Of a DNA stretch of 64,000 nt, positions 50,310-60,347 are shown in pieces. The translations under genes were made by a program, and so were the position numbers. The notes beneath the pieces were generated by a model that saw only the letters and a program-made list of their open reading frames with translations, searched no databases and was not told the origin of the DNA. The stretch comes from Holophagaceae bacterium (GTDB lineage Bacteria; Acidobacteriota; Holophagae; Holophagales; Holophagaceae). The DNA is taken from positions 18,519-82,518 of the forward strand of contig JBFSVS010000001.1 in NCBI GenBank assembly GCA_041263285.1, given 5' to 3'. Within the stretch, counting starts at the first letter, position 1, and every line of letters begins with the position of its first letter.

Positions 50310-50804
50310 ATGTTTCTTGCTTTTACTCTCTTAACCTTAGGTTCGGCTTTAGCGATGGCCTTTCAGAAAAATGTTATTGTGGCAGGATTATTTTTAGTAG
50401 CGACCTTCATCGGAGTTTCTGGACTATTTATTTTGCTTTCTAATCCTGTTTCAGCGGCACTTCAAATTATTGTTTATGCAGGGGCTATTTTAGTCCTTTT
50501 GCTTTTTGTCATTATGATGCTCAATGCGCACGAAGAGGAATCGCCTCAAGACGATCTTTACTTGCAACGTTACATAGCACTTGGGGTTGGGGGACTTTTA
50601 CTTGGTGGAAGTCTTTGGTTCATCAAGCAGTCTAAACTTCTCCAATCCGTCGCCGAACGACCTATTGATCAGATTGCACCCACTTCTCTTAACGAGATTG
50701 GGGCTGAAATGCTCACCCGTCATATTGTTTCTTTCGAAATGATTGGCCTTCTTTTATTGGTTTCTATGATTGGGGCCATTACCTTGGTCAAGAAGCGTTT
50801 ATGA
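50310..50804 (+). CDS. nuoJ: NADH-quinone oxidoreductase subunit J
   Basis: Position and hydrophobic profile, 'ALQIIVYAGAILVLLLFVIMML'. Confidence 0.85.
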   Translation: MFLAFTLLTLGSALAMAFQKNVIVAGLFLVATFIGVSGLFILLSNPVSAALQIIVYAGAILVLLLFVIMMLNAHEEESPQDDLYLQRYIALGVGGLLLGGSLWFIKQSKLLQSVAERPIDQIAPTSLNEIGAEMLTRHIVSFEMIGLLLLVSMIGAITLVKKRL

Positions 50805-51142
50805 TGTCAACGTCTTCTTTTCTTCAAGCCCTGTGGACGGGTGGATTACAAGGCTACCTATTGGTAGGCTTTCTTTTGTTTATCATTGGGCTCATGACGG
50901 TTCTGCTTCGCCGATCCTTCCTTCTTCAATTTATGGGTATTGAGCTGATGCTAAATGCCATCAATATTATTCTTTTAGCTTTTGGTAAATGGCAAGGAGG
51001 AGCTCCCACAGCTTCAACTTTCTATCTCTTCATCATTGGTGTTGCTGCGTGCGAAGCAGCTGTTGGCTTAGCTCTGATTGTTGAACTTTATCGCCTTAAG
51101 AGCACCACTGATGCAGACCAACATTCTACGTTGAGACACTAA
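50801..51142 (+). CDS. nuoK: NADH-quinone oxidoreductase subunit K
   Basis: Roughly 100-aa three-TM protein, 'GIELMLNAINI', 'AACEAAVGLALIV'. Confidence 0.85.
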   Translation: MMSTSSFLQALWTGGLQGYLLVGFLLFIIGLMTVLLRRSFLLQFMGIELMLNAINIILLAFGKWQGGAPTASTFYLFIIGVAACEAAVGLALIVELYRLKSTTDADQHSTLRH

Positions 51143-53058
51143 TGACCTCGGTGATTCTAATTCCTTTGATTCCCCTGTTGGGATTCCTGATCAACGGTTT
51201 AATGGGTCACCGCTTATCGCGGGGGCTCTCCCAAGTCATTGCTTGCAGTACCATTGCTTCGTCCTTTGTCCTGAGTCTAATTTGGTTTACCCGCGTCTTA
51301 GCGAGCCCCGATCATCGAATTGACTTGGTGGTTGGGGAATGGATGTCGGTAGGAAATCTCCAAATTCCATTTGGATTTGTCATTGATGCTCTAAGTAGTG
51401 TGATGTTATTGGTCATTACCGGCATTGGTCTCCTGATTCATATTTATTCCGTTGGCTATATGCATCACGAAAAGGGTACCGCTCGCTATTTTGCTTATTT
51501 GAATCTCTTTGTATTCTTTATGACCTTATTGGTCATGAGTTCAAGCCTCCCCTTTCTCTTTGTAGGATGGGAAGGCGTCGGTCTTTGTTCGTATCTCCTT
51601 ATTGGCTATTACTTTGAAACCGAAGAAGCACCTCAAGCGGGTCTTAAGGCTTTTTTATATAATCGCGTTGGTGATGTGGGAGTTCTTATCGGGATAATGA
51701 CTCTCTTTTTAATCTTCGGAACTCTGACGATAGGTGATTTACTTCAACAAGTATCCCAACTTAGGCCTGAAACACATTTTGGTTTGATCACTTTTGCCAC
51801 ACTCATGTTATTCATCGGTTGTACGGGAAAGAGCGCTCAAATTCCTCTCTACCTTTGGTTGCCAGATGCCATGGCGGGTCCGACACCTGTATCGGCCTTA
51901 ATTCATGCGGCTACCATGGTGACCAGCGGTATTTACCTTATATGTCGACTCGCACCTCTTTTTGTACTAACGCCCATCACCCTTCATTTAATTGCGTGGA
52001 TTGGTGTCGCCACTGCTCTTTTTGCCGCCACGATGGCTCTCTTCCAAAGAGACATAAAGAAAGTTCTGGCTTATTCCACTGTTTCTCAATTGGGGTTTAT
52101 GTTTTTAGGTTTGGGTGTTACCGGTTTTTCTGCAGGTTTCTTTCATGTTTTCACGCATGCATGGTTTAAAGCCTTACTTTTTTTGGGAGCCGGGAGTGTC
52201 ATTGTAGCGCTCCATCACGAACAAGATCTTTTCAAAATGGGTGGACTTCGAGAAAAATTACCTATCACGTTTTACACCATGCTGATCGGAGCGCTTTGCT
52301 TGATGGGTTTCCCCGGTACAAGTGGTTTTGCGAGTAAAGATGAAATTCTTTATTTAACCTACCTCCATAGTCCGACCCTATGGGGATTTGGAGTCCTCGC
52401 AGCTATTTGTACAGCATTTTATACCGCACGATTGATGGTCTTAGTATTTGCAGGTAAGCCCCGCGATTTAAAAATATTTGATCATGCCCATGAAAGTCCT
52501 AAATGGATTACTATCCCCCTAATTCTTCTGTCCCTTGGAGCTCTATTGGCGGTCATGTTTGGTTGGCCGGAGTCTTTTGGAGGGCACAATACGATTGCTG
52601 TTTGGCTCCATTCGGCCATCACTTATGGTCAAACTGCTGAGCAAGAAGCCCATACATTAATACCGACCTTAGCCTGGACATTAGCCCTTATTTCCACGGT
52701 CTTGAGTTTGCTTAGCGCGGGAATAGCTTGGAAACTTTATAGCAAAGGTCTCAGCTGGGAAGAAGGTTTTGAGAGGAAGTGCTCCCGAACTTACCAGATC
52801 CTTCGTGAAAAATATTTTGTTGATCAAGGGGTGATGGCTTTAATCATTAACCCTTTCTTTTTTCTAGGGAAAGTGTTCTGGAAATTAGGCGATGTCATTA
52901 TCATTGACGGCATTGGAGTCAATCTTCCGGGAGCCCTCACCCGCGTCATGGGTGATCTCGGCTCTCATCTTCAAACGGGACGTGTACGAAACTATACGCT
53001 GCTTTCGGTGCTTGGGCTTCTGGGACTCCTGATGCTTCTCTTGGTTGCGAGGATCTAA
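51142..53058 (+). CDS. nuoL: NADH-quinone oxidoreductase subunit L
   Basis: 'GWEGVGLCSYLLIGY', 'GKSAQIPLYLWLPDAMAGPTPVSALIHAATMV'. Confidence 0.92.
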   Translation: MTSVILIPLIPLLGFLINGLMGHRLSRGLSQVIACSTIASSFVLSLIWFTRVLASPDHRIDLVVGEWMSVGNLQIPFGFVIDALSSVMLLVITGIGLLIHIYSVGYMHHEKGTARYFAYLNLFVFFMTLLVMSSSLPFLFVGWEGVGLCSYLLIGYYFETEEAPQAGLKAFLYNRVGDVGVLIGIMTLFLIFGTLTIGDLLQQVSQLRPETHFGLITFATLMLFIGCTGKSAQIPLYLWLPDAMAGPTPVSALIHAATMVTSGIYLICRLAPLFVLTPITLHLIAWIGVATALFAATMALFQRDIKKVLAYSTVSQLGFMFLGLGVTGFSAGFFHVFTHAWFKALLFLGAGSVIVALHHEQDLFKMGGLREKLPITFYTMLIGALCLMGFPGTSGFASKDEILYLTYLHSPTLWGFGVLAAICTAFYTARLMVLVFAGKPRDLKIFDHAHESPKWITIPLILLSLGALLAVMFGWPESFGGHNTIAVWLHSAITYGQTAEQEAHTLIPTLAWTLALISTVLSLLSAGIAWKLYSKGLSWEEGFERKCSRTYQILREKYFVDQGVMALIINPFFFLGKVFWKLGDVIIIDGIGVNLPGALTRVMGDLGSHLQTGRVRNYTLLSVLGLLGLLMLLLVARI

Positions 53059-54599
53059 TGCCATCTTTTTTTTCAGATACCCAATTCCCACTCACCTGGT
53101 TGATCGGTATTCCTTTAATTGCCGGTTTACGCTTGATTGTATTTCCTTCCTATTTATCCGTTAAAACGATGAAGTTGTTTGGCTTGGGCGCCTCTCTATT
53201 TACTTTTTTCTACAGCCTTTTGTTGATTCAACCCATGCGGATGACCGGTTTTTTAGCTGAATCACGGCCATGGTTCTCGGTTGCAGGTCTGTCGGCAAAT
53301 TACGTCCTTGTGATGGATGGATTAAATCTTTGGTTGATTCAACTCACTACCCTTTTGATCCCCTTAGCTCTTTTGGCTTCTTGGAGAAATATTAAAGAGA
53401 AAGAACCAGTTTTCTTCGGTCTCTTCTTGATTCTTGAGTCTAGTATTCTTGGTGCTCTATTGGCCCAGGATCTTTTACTCTTTTATATCTTTTGGGAGGT
53501 TATGCTTATTCCCATGTTTTTCCTCATTGGAGTATGGGGTGGTAGCGAGCGAAAATATGCTGCAAATAAATTTATTCTATACACGCTCGCAGGAAGTTTA
53601 ATTTGGCTCCTCTCTTTAATTTATTTAGCTAATCTTGCAGGCGGATTTGATCCTAATCTTTTATCGTTCATAGCTCAAAGCCAATCGACATACATCCAAG
53701 AAATTCTATTTCTTTCTTTTGTCTTGGCTTTTGCCATAAAAGTCCCCCTTTTCCCGCTTCATACGTGGCTCCCTGATGCTCATGTTCAGGCCCCGACGGC
53801 CGGCTCAGCGATTTTAGCTGGAATCTTGTTGAAGCTTGGTGGCTATGGATTACTTCGTTTTGCTATTCCAATGTTCCCTGAAGTGGCCCTTAGCATGAGT
53901 CGAGGTCTCAGCATCCTTTCCGTCATCGCCATTCTTTATGGTGGTTGGGTTGCCTTTGTTCAAGAGGATATGAAAAAACTTGTGGCCTATAGCTCCGTTT
54001 CTCATATGGGCTTTGTGATTTTGGGTATTTTTAGTTTCACTCTTATTGGTCTTCAGGGTTCTATGTTGCAAATGCTTAATCACGGAGTGAGCACCAGTGC
54101 TTTATTCTTTTTGGTGGGCATGATTTACGATCGGGCACATACGAGACAAATTTCAGATTTTAGTGGTATCGCTCGTCGACTCCCCGTCCTGTCTACCGTA
54201 TTTCTCGTGGTCATACTAAGCAGCATTGGTCTGCCCCTCACTAATGGTTTTGTCGGTGAATTCTTAATCCTTAATGGGACGTTTACTTCGAGTCTGAGCG
54301 GAAGCCTGATTTTAGGGAGCACCGCCTCCTTGGGTGTTGTCTTAAGTGCAGCCTATTTGCTGTGGATGTTTAAACGGATGTTTTGGGGATCGCCTGATCG
54401 TCCCTTGGCCCCAGGAAATACTTATCTTGTTAAGGATCTGAGTTGGCGTGAGGGTCTCGTCCTTCTCCCTCTCGTCATTCTCATTTTCTGGATGGGTATT
54501 CATCCTCAAACCTTCATGGTCGATAGCGAATCATTAATGAAAACCATAGTGACTCAAGTAATGCCCCCTGTCGCTTTGCCCGGAGTGGTGACCCCATGA
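53058..54599 (+). CDS. nuoM: NADH-quinone oxidoreductase subunit M
   Basis: 'FYIFWEVMLIPMFFLIG', 'KVPLFPLHTWLPDAHVQAPTAGS'. Confidence 0.92.
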   Translation: MPSFFSDTQFPLTWLIGIPLIAGLRLIVFPSYLSVKTMKLFGLGASLFTFFYSLLLIQPMRMTGFLAESRPWFSVAGLSANYVLVMDGLNLWLIQLTTLLIPLALLASWRNIKEKEPVFFGLFLILESSILGALLAQDLLLFYIFWEVMLIPMFFLIGVWGGSERKYAANKFILYTLAGSLIWLLSLIYLANLAGGFDPNLLSFIAQSQSTYIQEILFLSFVLAFAIKVPLFPLHTWLPDAHVQAPTAGSAILAGILLKLGGYGLLRFAIPMFPEVALSMSRGLSILSVIAILYGGWVAFVQEDMKKLVAYSSVSHMGFVILGIFSFTLIGLQGSMLQMLNHGVSTSALFFLVGMIYDRAHTRQISDFSGIARRLPVLSTVFLVVILSSIGLPLTNGFVGEFLILNGTFTSSLSGSLILGSTASLGVVLSAAYLLWMFKRMFWGSPDRPLAPGNTYLVKDLSWREGLVLLPLVILIFWMGIHPQTFMVDSESLMKTIVTQVMPPVALPGVVTP

Positions 54600-56113
54600 C
54601 CCTTACCTATACTCAGTGGTCAGCGCTCACCCCTTTTCTTTTCCCTCTTATAGGCGCCCTCATAATACCCATGATGGTTCTTACGCGAACTAAGCGGAAC
54701 GAAAAGCTCGTTCGATGGACGATGTGGTTGGTGACGCTTTGGGTTTTGTACGCTGCTCTTAAATCTGTTCTTCAACTGTGGATCGGTGGGCATCAACCTA
54801 GCTATGGCCCTCTCTTGGTTGATCGTTTAACTCAATTTGGTTCATTGATCGTTTTAGGAAGTGCTGGACTATCCGTTCTTCAGTTGTGGGACCACCTCCA
54901 TCATGAAGGTTGGTTTAAGGGAGAGACCCTAGCTCTCTTTTTATTTTCAGTGGCAGGGCTGATGATTTTCATGGCTTCGACTCATCTATTAGTTTTATTC
55001 TTGGCCCTCGAGCTATTCAGCCTGCCCCTCTATGTCCTAACCGGATCCATTCGCGTACGCCCCGAAGGAGCCGAAGGGGGGCTAAAGTATTTTATTTCAG
55101 GTGCCGTTGCCTCAAGTTTTTTGTTATTAGGCATCGTTCTCCTTTTTGGATTAACCGGTTCCCTAGAGCTCATGGAAATATCTCAATTTGCTCGACAACA
55201 GGGTTGGTCCGATTCTTTGATGCTTTTGGGCTTAGGACTGATGTTATTTGGCGTGTTATTTAAAATGAGTGCAGTCCCTATGCATCAATGGACCCCCGAC
55301 GTATACCAAGCGGCTCCTCATCCTATTTCTGGATTTATGAGTGTGGCAACCAAGACAGCTGCTTTCATCGTCTTCATCAGAATCTTTATTTGGGGCTTTC
55401 TTGGCGATGCCCAAGTTCCCTCTTTAGATCTAAAGCATTTTTTATCCGTTATTGGAATCTCAACCCTCTTTGTCGGTAACCTCACTGCCTTAGTTCAGCA
55501 AAATATCAAGCGTATGCTTGCTTTCTCATCCATTGCTCACGCCGGCTATCTTCTTTTAGCCTTTGTTTCGGGTACGGAACAAAGCCTCCAATATGTTTTC
55601 TACTACTTAGTGATCTATGGATTTACCAACATCGGGCTTTTTGGCATCCTTACGGCTTTTGGATGGGTTGGGACACAAACCGATTTTGATCATGCCCGAG
55701 GGCAAGGATGGAAACGCCCCCTTTTGGGTATGGCCTCCCTGATTCTCTTGCTGAATCTTGCGGGTCTTCCCCCCTTTGCAGGCTTTTACGCAAAGTATTT
55801 TATTTTTCGCGAATTAGTCTCAAGCGGTCATTTGAGCCTAGCAATCTTTGGAGTATTGGCTAGCCTCATTGGAGTTTATTTTTACCTACGACTACCCGTG
55901 GTTCTCTTTATGGATCAACCGGCTCAGGGCTTGGCCTACGCCCAGGATCATCATGGAGTGAGTTCCTATTTTTGGAGTAGCACGTCTGTGCTAATAGCCG
56001 TGATTGCGATTATCGCTTTAAGCCTCTGGCCTCAATGGTTGCTAGATCATATTGCGATTCCCACTGTTCAGCACCCCTTTAGGTTCATTGAGCCATTAAT
56101 TACGGGTAATTAA
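54596..56113 (+). CDS. nuoN: NADH-quinone oxidoreductase subunit N
   Basis: 'LALELFSLPLYVL', 'KMSAVPMHQWTPDVYQAAP'. Last gene of the cluster. Confidence 0.9.
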   Translation: MTLTYTQWSALTPFLFPLIGALIIPMMVLTRTKRNEKLVRWTMWLVTLWVLYAALKSVLQLWIGGHQPSYGPLLVDRLTQFGSLIVLGSAGLSVLQLWDHLHHEGWFKGETLALFLFSVAGLMIFMASTHLLVLFLALELFSLPLYVLTGSIRVRPEGAEGGLKYFISGAVASSFLLLGIVLLFGLTGSLELMEISQFARQQGWSDSLMLLGLGLMLFGVLFKMSAVPMHQWTPDVYQAAPHPISGFMSVATKTAAFIVFIRIFIWGFLGDAQVPSLDLKHFLSVIGISTLFVGNLTALVQQNIKRMLAFSSIAHAGYLLLAFVSGTEQSLQYVFYYLVIYGFTNIGLFGILTAFGWVGTQTDFDHARGQGWKRPLLGMASLILLLNLAGLPPFAGFYAKYFIFRELVSSGHLSLAIFGVLASLIGVYFYLRLPVVLFMDQPAQGLAYAQDHHGVSSYFWSSTSVLIAVIAIIALSLWPQWLLDHIAIPTVQHPFRFIEPLITGN

Positions 56114-56216
56114 CCAACTATCCTCTAGTGGAGTCAAAGGGTATGTGGGAAAGTAGTAGTTTAAGCTTTCTTGTAAACGGTACCTCTTTAAACCCTTTTG
56201 ACTATCGAGGCTTCTA

Positions 56217-57887
56217 ATGAATTTCAAATTCTCACAGATTAAAGATCTTTCTCCTAAAAAGAAAGGCCTAGCCCTGGGCATTCTTTTAGGTTTAGTCATT
56301 GGTTTCTTTTATCTAGGCAAATCCGAGGAAATGCCTAAATGGAGAACCGCTAAAATCGATCGGGGGCCTATTCGTCAACGCATCACCGCGACTGGGACTT
56401 TATCGGGCTTAATTCAAGTCAATATTGGATCTCAAATATCCGGCATTGTTTCTAATTTATATGTCGACTTTAATACACCCGTCAAAAAAGGACAAAAACT
56501 AGCTGAAATTGATCCAACCACTTATGCTGCTTTAGTAAGTGATGCACAAGCTACTGTTCAAAAAACCACCCAAATTTCTAATGATGCAAAGCGTCAGTTT
56601 GAGAGACAGAAAAGACTTTTCGAAGCAAAACTTATCTCAGAAAAAGATCTTCAAGACGCTGAGTCAGCTAAAATCTCTGCAGAATCAAATCTCATTTCAG
56701 CAAAAGCTGCTTTGACTCGAGCCCAAGTAAATCTAGACTACTGCACCATCAAGTCGCCCTTGGACGGAGTGGTGATTAGTCGATTGGTGGATAGGGGACA
56801 GACGGTTGCGGCTAGTTTCAATACACCGAATATGTTCGTTATTGCTCAGGATTTAACTCGTATGAAACTCGAAGCTAATATCGACGAAGCTGATATTGGC
56901 CAAGTCAAGCTTGATCAGCAAGCATTCTTTAGTGTTGATGCCTTTCCCGATACTCAGTTCACAGGCAGAGTGATGCTGGTCCGAATTGACCCACGTATTC
57001 AACAGAATGTTGTGAACTATACGGTACAAATTGAAGTGGATAACAGTGACCTCAAGATCCGTCCGGGTATGACAGCGAACGTCACCATCTTCACCGCGAC
57101 TAAAGACTCTGTACTTCGTTTACCCTCATCAGCCCTTCGATTTAATCCCGTGACCTTCCTTCCTCCTAAAGCGCAAGAGGCTTTCAATAAAAAATTGCAA
57201 GAGGATCGGAATAAAGCTCAAGAGGAGATGAAAAAAAGAATGGCTCAGATGCAAAATCCAGCCCCTCAGCCAGTGCCTACTCCACCCGAAAAAATAACTA
57301 CCCCTTCCGAGGTTACTCAGGCATCTCAAGATACGTCAGGCTCCAAGCAGCGTCGGAGTCGATCTGAGGAATCCGGCGAAGGGGAACGAAAAAATATTAC
57401 GCCTCAACAAGCCGAAGCCTTTAGGAAAAATATGACCCCCGAACAAATTGACGCCTTTCGGAAGCGGCGTGAATCTAGACGTGAGAATTTTTCCGGGCAA
57501 CGATCTGAAGGTCGAGAAAAAACTAACAAGAGACCCGCTTTACCGGCTGAAAAGCAACCTGCCGAGTCTAAGAATGCTAAGGCTACCTCGAACGTAAAGC
57601 CATCGGAACCCACACCAACTTCAACGTCCTCCCCGATGTTCGGGGGCTCCGGTAAAGGATTCGTGAATCGCCGAGAGGATCGAGTATGGATTATCGATGC
57701 TAAGGGCGAACTAAAAAATATAAAAATTAATGCAGGGTTAAGTGACGGTCAATTTACTGAAATTATTGCAAGCGAACTCCCTGAAGGAGCTGAAGTACTG
57801 GTAGGAGTTTTGGAGCCCCTAAAGAAAAGTGGATCAGCACCCACGACCGCTTCTCCGATGGGCGGCGGTATGGGTCGAGGTCGCTAG
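56217..57887 (+). CDS. HlyD/MacA-family periplasmic adaptor with a long charged low-complexity insertion
   Basis: 'GTLSGLIQVNIGSQISGIV', 'GQKLAEIDP', coiled-coil hairpin, 'CTIKSPLDGVVISR', 'RPGMTANVTI'. An insertion of roughly 150 aa (aa ~320-470) precedes the final 'RVWIID...' domain. Confidence 0.8.
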   Translation: MNFKFSQIKDLSPKKKGLALGILLGLVIGFFYLGKSEEMPKWRTAKIDRGPIRQRITATGTLSGLIQVNIGSQISGIVSNLYVDFNTPVKKGQKLAEIDPTTYAALVSDAQATVQKTTQISNDAKRQFERQKRLFEAKLISEKDLQDAESAKISAESNLISAKAALTRAQVNLDYCTIKSPLDGVVISRLVDRGQTVAASFNTPNMFVIAQDLTRMKLEANIDEADIGQVKLDQQAFFSVDAFPDTQFTGRVMLVRIDPRIQQNVVNYTVQIEVDNSDLKIRPGMTANVTIFTATKDSVLRLPSSALRFNPVTFLPPKAQEAFNKKLQEDRNKAQEEMKKRMAQMQNPAPQPVPTPPEKITTPSEVTQASQDTSGSKQRRSRSEESGEGERKNITPQQAEAFRKNMTPEQIDAFRKRRESRRENFSGQRSEGREKTNKRPALPAEKQPAESKNAKATSNVKPSEPTPTSTSSPMFGGSGKGFVNRREDRVWIIDAKGELKNIKINAGLSDGQFTEIIASELPEGAEVLVGVLEPLKKSGSAPTTASPMGGGMGRGR

Positions 57888-57904
57888 ACTGAAAGGATTT
57901 TGCT

Positions 57905-59128
57905 ATGAAGTACCTTGAATTTCTCAAATTAGCCCTTACGGCTATTCGCCGAAATAAGACTCGTTCTATGTTGACGATGCTAGGAATCATCATTGGTGTA
58001 GGCGCGGTGATTACAATGATTGGTATTGGCCAAGGATCTAAACAAGCTTCAGAGCAATTAATTCGTTCCATGGGTACCAACCTCATTACCGTAATTCCAG
58101 GTTCTGTTCCCAAGGGGGCATGGGGTCCCGTTGGTCAGGGTGCCGTTGATACCTTGACGGAAGAGGATGCCCTAGCGCTAAAAGAGGAACTGCCCAACAG
58201 TGTGGCTTATGCGACTCCGTATGTGCGAACGGCTAAACCCGCTGTTTATGGAGCAAATAATTGGCTCGTGGGGCGCGTGGAAGGGGCCAACGAGCAGTAT
58301 TTGGACATAAAATCATGGGGCCTCGATGCAGGAAGATATTTTAATTCACAGGAAGTGAGATCTTTAGCCAAAGTCTGTGTCATCGGAAAAACTGTTGAAG
58401 AAAATCTCTTTCCCGGCGGAGAAGATCCCATCGGTAAAACTATTAGAATCGGTACAATGCCTTTTGAAGTCATTGGAGTTTTATCTCGCAAAGGTGCAGG
58501 TTTTATGGGTGATCAAGACGACGTTGTTCATGCTCCCTACACTACCGTCATGAAAAAAATTATGGGCCGCGATAAAATTCAACAAATTTTAGTTTCAGCT
58601 ATCTCGGAAGATCAAGTTGATTATGCTGAATCAGAAATTACAAGTTTAATCCGGCAACGACACCGCCTTTCCTCAACTGCCGATAATGATTTTTCTATAC
58701 GAAAGCAAAATGACTGGTTAGCCGCCTCGGCCCAGCAGAGCGCGATTATTACGACCCTCTTGGCTGTGGCTGCCTCGATTTCTCTTATTGTGGGTGGTAT
58801 TGGAATCGGTAATATTATGCTGGTGAGTGTGACGGAGCGAACACGTGAAATCGGAATTCGTCGAGCTCTCGGAGCTACGCGACGAAGCGTCCTATGGCAG
58901 TTTTTAATTGAAGCCTCGGTTTTATCTTCTCTAGGTGGAGTGATAGGCGTGGGTCTAGCCTTCTCTTTTATTGCTTTAATGCAGGCGATAAATGTCCAAG
59001 CTGTGATCGTGGGGTGGGCTGTGATCCTCGGGATGGGTTTCTCATCCCTGATTGGTTTATCGGCAGGTTTCTTGCCTGCCCTCAAAGCGGCCAATCTAGA
59101 TGTGATTGACGCGCTCCGGTATGAGTGA
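57905..59128 (+). CDS. ABC transporter permease, FtsX/MacB type (no ATPase domain)
   Basis: 'RRNKTRSMLTMLGIIIGVGAVI', periplasmic MacB_PCD-like region, 'VGGIGIGNIMLVSVTERTREIGIRRALGA'. Confidence 0.85.
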   Translation: MKYLEFLKLALTAIRRNKTRSMLTMLGIIIGVGAVITMIGIGQGSKQASEQLIRSMGTNLITVIPGSVPKGAWGPVGQGAVDTLTEEDALALKEELPNSVAYATPYVRTAKPAVYGANNWLVGRVEGANEQYLDIKSWGLDAGRYFNSQEVRSLAKVCVIGKTVEENLFPGGEDPIGKTIRIGTMPFEVIGVLSRKGAGFMGDQDDVVHAPYTTVMKKIMGRDKIQQILVSAISEDQVDYAESEITSLIRQRHRLSSTADNDFSIRKQNDWLAASAQQSAIITTLLAVAASISLIVGGIGIGNIMLVSVTERTREIGIRRALGATRRSVLWQFLIEASVLSSLGGVIGVGLAFSFIALMQAINVQAVIVGWAVILGMGFSSLIGLSAGFLPALKAANLDVIDALRYE

Positions 59129-60347
59129 GTCAGCTCCTTCCCCCTTTGAATCGCTGCGCCATAAACCCTACGCTTGGTTTTTAATCGGTGGGTTTACCCT
59201 ATTTATTGCTAACCAAATACAAATGGTTGTTCTCGGTTGGCAAATCTATAATCTGACCCAGAATCCACTTTCATTGGGACTTATCGGATTGTCCGAGGCA
59301 CTCCCCTTTTTAAGCCTGACCCTTTTTGGGGGTTATCTCGCGGATCGATGGGACCGTAAAACTCTTTGTCTTCTATCCTTGTTACCAATTTTAGCCGGGG
59401 GCCTATTGCTCCTGACCACTAATTGGACGTTACCGACGCAGCACGTAGGGATTTTTTATGGAGCTCAAGCTCTTGGTGGCGTGGGTCGTGCTTTTTTTCG
59501 ACCTGCCTATCAAGCACTCGCCGCCGATCTGGTACCCAAAGAAAGTTATGTAAATGCCTCGACCATGCGGAGTGGCACCTTCCATATTTCTATGGTGATC
59601 GGACCTGTTCTCGGAGGTTTCTTGATTCCTTTAGGCTATCGATCGGCTTATGCGGCTGTGTGCGCTCTTATCCTCGCTACGATGATTTCATACCTTAAAA
59701 TCCAACCCCTAGTTCGCTTCAAGAGCGAACCCTCTGACGAAACGAGGTTCTTTGATGGGGTTCGTTTCGTCTTTACAGAAAAAATCGTTCTGGGTGCACT
59801 CACCCTGGATTTATTTGCAGTATTGTTCGGAGGAGCTACTTCTCTGTTACCTATTTTTGCCCGCGATATTTTACAGGTGGGAGAGAAGGGCTTTGGTCTC
59901 CTGAGAAGTGCACCGGCCGTAGGCTCCATTATGATGTCTCTATGGCTCACCTTTTATCCTCCTACTCGTCATGCGGGTAGACGACTCTTGATTTGCGTTT
60001 TTATATTTGGGTTAGGATGGATTGCTTTTGCCCTGTCCCATTCATTCATAATTAGTCTGATCATTCTTGTAGTGTGTGGTGCAGCCGATAACGTAAGTGT
60101 CATTATGCGGTCGGCGCTCGTTCAAACTCAGACTCCCCGGCGTCTTATGGGAAGAGTAGGGGCCGTGAACTCGTTTTTTATCGGCAGCAGTAATGAAATC
60201 GGAGCTTTCGAGAGCGGTGTGGCTGCAAGGTTCTTGGGCGTGGTCCCAAGTGTCATATTCGGCGGGGTTATGACTCTTGTCACGGTCAGTACTGTGGCCT
60301 GGAAAATTCCTACCCTAAGAAAACTCGATCGCTTAGAGGACGCTTAG
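59121..60347 (+). CDS. MFS transporter
   Basis: About 12 hydrophobic segments, 'GGYLADRWDRK' loop motif. The ATG at 59121 overlaps the permease stop. Confidence 0.8.
   Translation: MSESAPSPFESLRHKPYAWFLIGGFTLFIANQIQMVVLGWQIYNLTQNPLSLGLIGLSEALPFLSLTLFGGYLADRWDRKTLCLLSLLPILAGGLLLLTTNWTLPTQHVGIFYGAQALGGVGRAFFRPAYQALAADLVPKESYVNASTMRSGTFHISMVIGPVLGGFLIPLGYRSAYAAVCALILATMISYLKIQPLVRFKSEPSDETRFFDGVRFVFTEKIVLGALTLDLFAVLFGGATSLLPIFARDILQVGEKGFGLLRSAPAVGSIMMSLWLTFYPPTRHAGRRLLICVFIFGLGWIAFALSHSFIISLIILVVCGAADNVSVIMRSALVQTQTPRRLMGRVGAVNSFFIGSSNEIGAFESGVAARFLGVVPSVIFGGVMTLVTVSTVAWKIPTLRKLDRLEDA

Noticed and set aside
58621-59094. 157-aa ORF antisense to the MacB-type permease. Similar long antisense or alternative-frame ORFs occur at 25124-25531, 25707-26015, 11597-11980, 33265-33639, 42818-43171, 9998-10327 and 26171-26566.
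   Set aside because: All lie fully inside strongly supported genes on the opposite strand or in another frame. They have Arg/Pro/Ser-rich shadow-ORF composition and no recognisable motifs. I treated them as non-coding.
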